Source: the human T2T-CHM13v2.0 reference genome, Homo sapiens
Reading direction: 5' to 3' (one strand)
Length of the DNA: 64,000 nt
Assembly (NCBI RefSeq): GCF_009914755.1
Contig: NC_060931.1
Numbering within the stretch: the first letter of the stretch is position 1; the number at the start of each line of letters is the position of its first letter. The position numbers were made by a program, and so were the translations under genes. Below, piece by piece: positions 56,950 through 64,000 of the stretch. The notes beneath the pieces were generated by a model, which searched no databases, had not been told where the DNA came from, and saw only the letters and a list, made by a program, of their open reading frames with translations.

Positions 56950-57245
56950 TATTTTTAATTTATTATGGAACCTCCATAGTGTTTTCGATAGCAGCTGTAC
57001 TAATTTACCTTCTCAACAACAGTGTGCAAGGATTTTTTATTCTCCACATTCTCTCCAACACCTTTGTCTTTCTGATAGTAACCATTTTTAACTGGTATGA
57101 GGTGGCATCTCATTGTGGATTTAATTTGCATTATCTTGATATTTAGTGAGGTTGAGCTTTTTATATTTTTTCACATTCCCGTTGGCCATTTGTATATCTT
57201 CTTTTGATATATGTCTATGCAGGTCATTTGCCTATTTTTAAATCA
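56950..57245 (-). mobile_element. L1 ORF2 3' fragment
   Basis: GAACCTCCATAGTGTTTTC...CAACAGTGTGCAAGG...TCTCATTGTGGATTTAATTTGCATT. Confidence 0.85.
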
Positions 57246-57378
57246 TTTAGGAAGGAAAATAAACTCTAATATAAACACCTCTTTTCTGATAAGTCACACA
57301 TTTTTATTTTACGTAAACAAACAATATAAGCATCACTTTATTAATTAAAAAATGAAAGGAAAGAGTCTTAGCCCTGAG

Positions 57379-57430
57379 AGAAGTTATGCAAAGAAAAATG
57401 TAAGAAGAAGTTATGCAAAGAAAAATGTAA
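57379..57430 (+). repeat. 25 bp perfect duplication (period 27)
   Basis: AGAAGTTATGCAAAGAAAAATGTAA x2. Confidence 0.95.
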
Positions 57431-57977
57431 CTTTCAGTTAGGAATTCAAATTTTTGAGGTCAAACCTGATGGCTCATGGCCACTTGGTTTTGCATTTGGA
57501 CATTTGTGGCCCCAGAAGTGTAAGGGTGAAACTTAGAATAGGGACTATTTTGCATAGACCTGAGGACTTATCTCTGCACTAAACGTCAACAAGGACCTTA
57601 AAGGGAAGGTTTATCCTTTCTTCTAAAGCTCAGCAACACTCAAATAGCTATTAAATTCAAGATTTCTGGATGTATAATGTGGGGTGGAGGCCTTCAAGTA
57701 TTTCCCTGTATAAATTGAATTTGATCCAAAGGAGATAATGTTCCTATTAGAAAATTTAATAAACAATCTACAAATGGACTACTGGATAGTATATCTTTCT
57801 GAGGTAGATAGAAATAAGTGAAATGGCATTCTACATATCATAATTTGTTTTTGAAAATTTCACTTTTTAAAACCACAAAAAATTAAGTGGTCTGAATTCA
57901 GGTGGCCTTGATTTTTTATCATTTTGTAATTTTATTTGCAGAATGTATAAAATTCTACTATATATTTTTGGAGAATA

Positions 57978-58277
57978 TTTTTATTATACTTTACGTCCTG
58001 GGATACATGTGCAGAACATGCAGGTTTGTTACTTAGATATGCACATACCATGGTGGTTTGCTGAACCCATCAACCAGTCATCTACATTAGGTATTTCTCC
58101 TAACGCTATCCCTCCCCTAGCCTACCACACCCTGACAGGCCCCGGTGGGTGATGTTCCCTTCCCTGTGTCAATGAGTTCTCATTGTTCAACACCCACTTA
58201 TGAGTGAGAACATGCAGTGTTTGGTTTTCTGTTCTTGTGTTAGTTTGCTGAGAATGATGGTTTTCAGCTTCATCCAT
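57978..58277 (-). mobile_element. L1PA (PA7-like) 3' end
   Basis: TTATTATACTTT...GGGATACATGTGCAGAAC...CATCTACATTAGGTATTTCTCCTAA. Confidence 0.92.
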
Positions 58278-61200
58278 ATAATTTATTTACTATTTTAGAA
58301 TTTTTTGAATTTAAAATATTAATTCTTTATTATCTGATTAATTATAACCTTATTCTTGTGAATTCCTAAATTTTACACATTTTAATAAATCTACACTACC
58401 AATGTTTTTCTCCTTTATATGTCCTTCGATATTTCTCAATTTCAGTTTTCTAATGATTTTAGCATATATTCTTTAATATAATTAAACATATCTATGGATC
58501 TTTCTGCCTAACTTTTCTTTATGTACTATTTTTCATATTGTTTTTCTTTTTCTAAAGTTTCAATTTAATTTATTTTTCCTATTTCATGTACATTTACTAC
58601 TAGATAGCAAACACAATTTTTGAGAATGCAGGAGGTATAGTTTCAACGATAGTTTTGAATACAGTTTCTATATTCTATTGCCCATGGTTATATTTTTGAT
58701 TCAGAAATAAATGAATGTTTCAGTTATCTTAAGAATGATTTACACCTTTTAATATTAAACTAGAATATTTATTCATTGTTATTTAAATATCAATTTTCAC
58801 TACTTTTTGAAAGACGTATACAAAAATCAATTTCTCAATTGATTTCAATGTAACAAATTTTCTGTGAACATAAAAACATACTTAATGTTTGATAGTGTGT
58901 TAAGCATTGTGGGATTCAAAATTATATATCCTATAGACAATCATTTCAAATAGTTTAACAATGTGTACATTACCACTGTCTATCAATAGGAACATATTTT
59001 AAATACATAGTAAAATTATGTAGGCATGTGTGTGTTGTTATATATATATATTTAAATATATATTTACATACATTTATATAGCCTATTCCCTCTAACAAAG
59101 ACATATCAACCAATCATAACATAGGATTTGTAAATATTTTCAAAATGTAAAAGGGATTTTTATGTTTATCATTTAAGCTACTTTAAATTCTTTATATCGT
59201 ATAATTGTGAAACAGTGGCAGTTATGACTAAATAAAAAAATTTCAATGCTTACACTATTGGTCTCTAAAAGTAGAACTTCATGGGTATCTTTCTTTATTT
59301 TTTGTTTTAATTATTGTAGAACACTTGGGATACAATGACCTACAGCTTACAAAATCTATTCTCTTAAGATTCATTGTTACCACATATTACTCAGCTATAT
59401 TTTTTGTTACTTATCTTATTATGATAACATAATAATTGCCTTAATTTTAGGTAAAATTTATGTTTATGGATATTCAAATTTATGATGCAAAATAACTTTC
59501 CATTTATCTGGGAAGTTATAAGATCCAGATTCTACCATTCAACTTACATATGCATTGCAAACATCTGAACAGAAGATTTTTCATTAACCACCAACAAAGA
59601 GTAGATTACATGCTGAAGTAAAGGATGTGTATGTTAAACTTTTGATTCAATAAACAACTGCCATTCTGACTGAACTGTGAAGTGACAAAAGCTCTGGCTA
59701 TATTTTCTATATAAAACTTATTGGATATCCTGCCCGTGGCCTATGTTTCAAGAATATTTATGAAAATTTCCAATTCTTGATCAGGTAGTGACCTTCACTG
59801 AGAGAGACTTGCTGATGTTCAGAAAAGAAGGTCACATGAATACAAATCTTTGTAAATATGTCTTTAATATATCTTAAAACAGAGGCCATAATGAATAAAA
59901 CAAACTTAATGTTTCCTGAGAGAAAACAAGAAAGATCAATCCTTGTTCAGGAACTATAGTGATTATCTGTCTACAAGAGATCTTACTGTAGTTTCTTTAG
60001 GAGAAAATAGGTATAATTTAGACCAAACAATGGCAAAATTAATCGGTTGTTAAAAGGAGGAGAATTCCTGGGGTAAGTAATGAAACTGGCAATCTCCATT
60101 TCCCACAGCTGAAGCACAGGGCACATTGCTTTTTAAAAGGTGAATCGTTCTGACTATATTAATCCTGATATTTTTCATTTTAGGCCTAACACTCACACAT
60201 CAGCACCCATTTCAAAAGATCTAAATCATATTATATATCAAATTTGGGGTGCAAAAAATGAGAAAGAAAAACAACTTTGTTTATAATGGGAGAGGTGGAG
60301 GGATAATGTTGGTATTGATCTCACTTTTATGAGTTCAAAGGACTCCTTCAACAAGGCTTTATGGGAAAGGAAATAAGACAATAAGACAGACCATGCTCAG
60401 TATGAGACCTGCTGACATCTTGCACCCTACAAGCTTATTCAAATGACTCTGTTCATGTTATTTCATTATCACATTCTAATTTTATTGCCCCAGATGTTAT
60501 CCTTTATTGTAGTACCATGCACAAATCTTTTTTTTATTTGAAAGTAGCTTCCATATAAAGTTGTAAGCCTCTGTGTGTGTTATGTTTCTCCATTCTCACA
60601 ATGAAATAAAGAAAGTCAGATTTCTCTCTGTGATAGAATTATACATAGATTCCTAAAACTGCTGCCAACAGAATACTTTTCACTGACGTTTTAAGTGATA
60701 AGGTAGGAGAGCAGAATATGAGCTCTTCCTAAGTTATTCACTCTATTATTGAATGTCTTTATGTTTATTGTTGGTTTGGTTTTGTATCTGTTTATGGAAA
60801 GGCAGGCAGTCAGGCAGATATCCTGTGATTTTCATGAAATGTGTCAAATAGAATGCACTAGGGCACTGAGGACATGCTAAATTCTCTATTTCATCTCTAA
60901 TGAAAAGCTCAAATAACAGTCTCTGCCAAACTGCCCTTATTCCTATGGAGAAATAATTTCTTTTAAATCTGGGGGTGAATTCTTTTTGCTTTGGAGTACT
61001 AGATTCAAGGAACGCCTGAGAGTTTTCAGAGAGATATTTTAATTCTGTCCAGCTTCTACACTAGTATACAGATCTGGGTTATAAACCTCAAAAAAGACAG
61101 AAAACAAAAGGTTACATAGAATCATGCATTACAACTACATACATGGCTTTCATATTTACGTAATATTGTGTTTAATTTCTGCTAACAAGCACTCTATTGA

Positions 61201-61404
61201 TCTCAAAGAGAATGAAAGTTTGGCCATAGGTCAAATATCAATGATTGGGCAGGACCTTCCCTAGAGGGAAATCATGGACCCCCTGGAGTGGTGTTTTTTT
61301 TTTTTTTTCACTGTTTTGTCCACTGTTTTCCATCACAGGCAGGAATGGGTATAATCCCATGATACTGATGAAACAAACCAACAATAATTTTTTAAATTAA
61401 TCAA

Positions 61405-62361
<957 letters not shown>

Positions 62362-63098
62362 GAAACCAGCTCTATTTTTAATAATCAGGTAACAATCCAG
62401 TCCCTTCTGCTGGTATTAAAACTGTTTCCAATACACAGCATACTTTCAGAATATTTGAATATGGTACTAATAAAATACAATTAGAAAAAATAGCTCAAAG
62501 ATACTTGAATGCTTTTAATAATGAGGCTATGACCCAATTCATCTTCTTACATTTTTTATAAAGGTAATACCCTTCAACTTTATCATATAAAATACTACAT
62601 AGTCCAGATAATATATAATAAATTACAGAAGTTTTAATTTTTTAAAAAAATTTTATAAATTTATTTGTTATATACAGTGATTCAATATTGGGGATATGTC
62701 TTCTGTTTTTCATACTGAGTGGATTAAAAATAATGATTCATGTTTTTGTTATTTTTATGCAATTGCTTCATAGATACCATATTTGAAATTTGATATAAAA
62801 GTGAATCTTTTGTTACACAATTATTTTAGTTTTTATTTTTTTCTGGATTAAACAAAAAATTATAGCTTTCTCTTCTTTCAGAGACTTTGGGGCTAAGAAA
62901 AAAAAAGTGCCCCAAGGCAATTTTATCAGTGTTGTCTATAGAGTAACAGCTCCTTAGAACTGAAAGATATTGCCTTTTCAGGTGTTAAACCTTTTTTGAG
63001 CTCACTTTTTCCATGGAAAGAAGAATGTTGAACCAGGTTACTGTGACAATGTCCAAAATTGGTAAAAGGAAAAGGAAAGAAAACAGTATCATCAGTAA

Positions 63099-63735
63099 TG
63101 ATGCAGGAGTTAGAGTATTTAGGCAGATAGTGAGGCTAAGTCACTCCTTGGTAAGGTTTCCCTTTTAATGAAAAGCAGTCCCCAAAGCATTTTCTTTTCT
63201 AATAAAGAGCAGCCTGTAAAATCGAGCTGCAGACATAGACAAGTGAGCTGGAAGCTTGCACGAATGAATGCCAGCAGTTGTGCCAATAGGAAAACGCTAC
63301 CTGGGACTAGGCGTAACCCAAATGGTGGCTCCATCTTCCCTTCTCTTTGCCAGCCACAGGTACAGTAAGGAACAGACAAGATGGTGCTGGACAAGTGGAA
63401 AGCCCGTTTGCATAACAAGATTAGGGTGGGGTGACCAGCCTTCCCCATGCACTGTGGAAAGGTCACACCTGGTCGAACCAATCTGTGGGTCCCATGGAAA
63501 TCAGACACTGCCTCCTCAAGCCTGCCTATAAAATCTGCTGTGGTCCTCCACATGCCAGCTTTTCCCTTTTGGACACCCCTCTCTCTCACAAGAGAGAAAG
63601 AGCTGCTGTCCTTTCTCTTTCTTTTGCCCACTGAACCTCTGCTCCTGAACTTGCTCCTCATGTGTGTCCGTGTCTTTAATCTTCTTGGCATGAGATGATG
63701 AACCCGGGTATTTACCCCAGACAACGATGCCTACA
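63099..63735 (+). mobile_element. ERV1 solo LTR (LTR9/MER61-like)
   Basis: TGATGCAGGAGTTA...AAAATCGAGCTGCAGACATAGA; CCAAT near 63478, TATAAAA at 63527-63533; ends GGGTATTTACCCCAGACAACG. Confidence 0.85.
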
Positions 63736-64000
63736 GATTTACAAAATAATCTCAAACAAGAAAGGAAACTGTATAGAAAGCTGACTTTACTTCAAAAGGG
63801 ATTCTTATTTAAAAGCATGATAATGGATTAATTATCATTAGAAAACAGAGGAGCAGGCTATCTATATAGAGTTACACAAAGAGAATCTGAACACCTCCAT
63901 GTTCTCAGATAGCTTTAAGAATAGGTTTGTAAGCTCCAATTTATCTTTGGGATAGGGTAATAAATTCCACCATCCAAATTCCAATAGCCTTCTGGGAAAG

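Noticed and set aside
63119-63724. 201 aa ORF, the longest in the window
   Set aside because: Lies wholly antisense within a solo LTR, with no recognisable domain

Overview
Primate (most likely human) AT-rich non-coding DNA, intergenic or deep intronic. It is made largely of fossil transposable elements: Alu (S and Y subfamilies), L1 (L1PA, L1MA/MB and older L1M), L2, MIR, MaLR/ERVL/ERV1 LTRs, a decayed ERVL provirus and Tigger/hAT DNA transposons, plus microsatellites. I can support no intact protein-coding gene, RNA gene or CRISPR array. The ORF track is almost all chance ORFs or Alu/L1/ERV remnants. I found no evidence for a new biological system. The most notable structures are a ~270 bp imperfect fold-back palindrome at 36057-36324, two L1 5' ends fused in convergent orientation inside one L2 (14641-22840), a near-identical 27 bp minisatellite inside an ancient ERVL, and an LTR9-like solo LTR keeping promoter and Oct-Sox-like motifs. 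Repeat family names come from recalled consensus sequences, not a database search, so subfamily calls and old-element boundaries are approximate.
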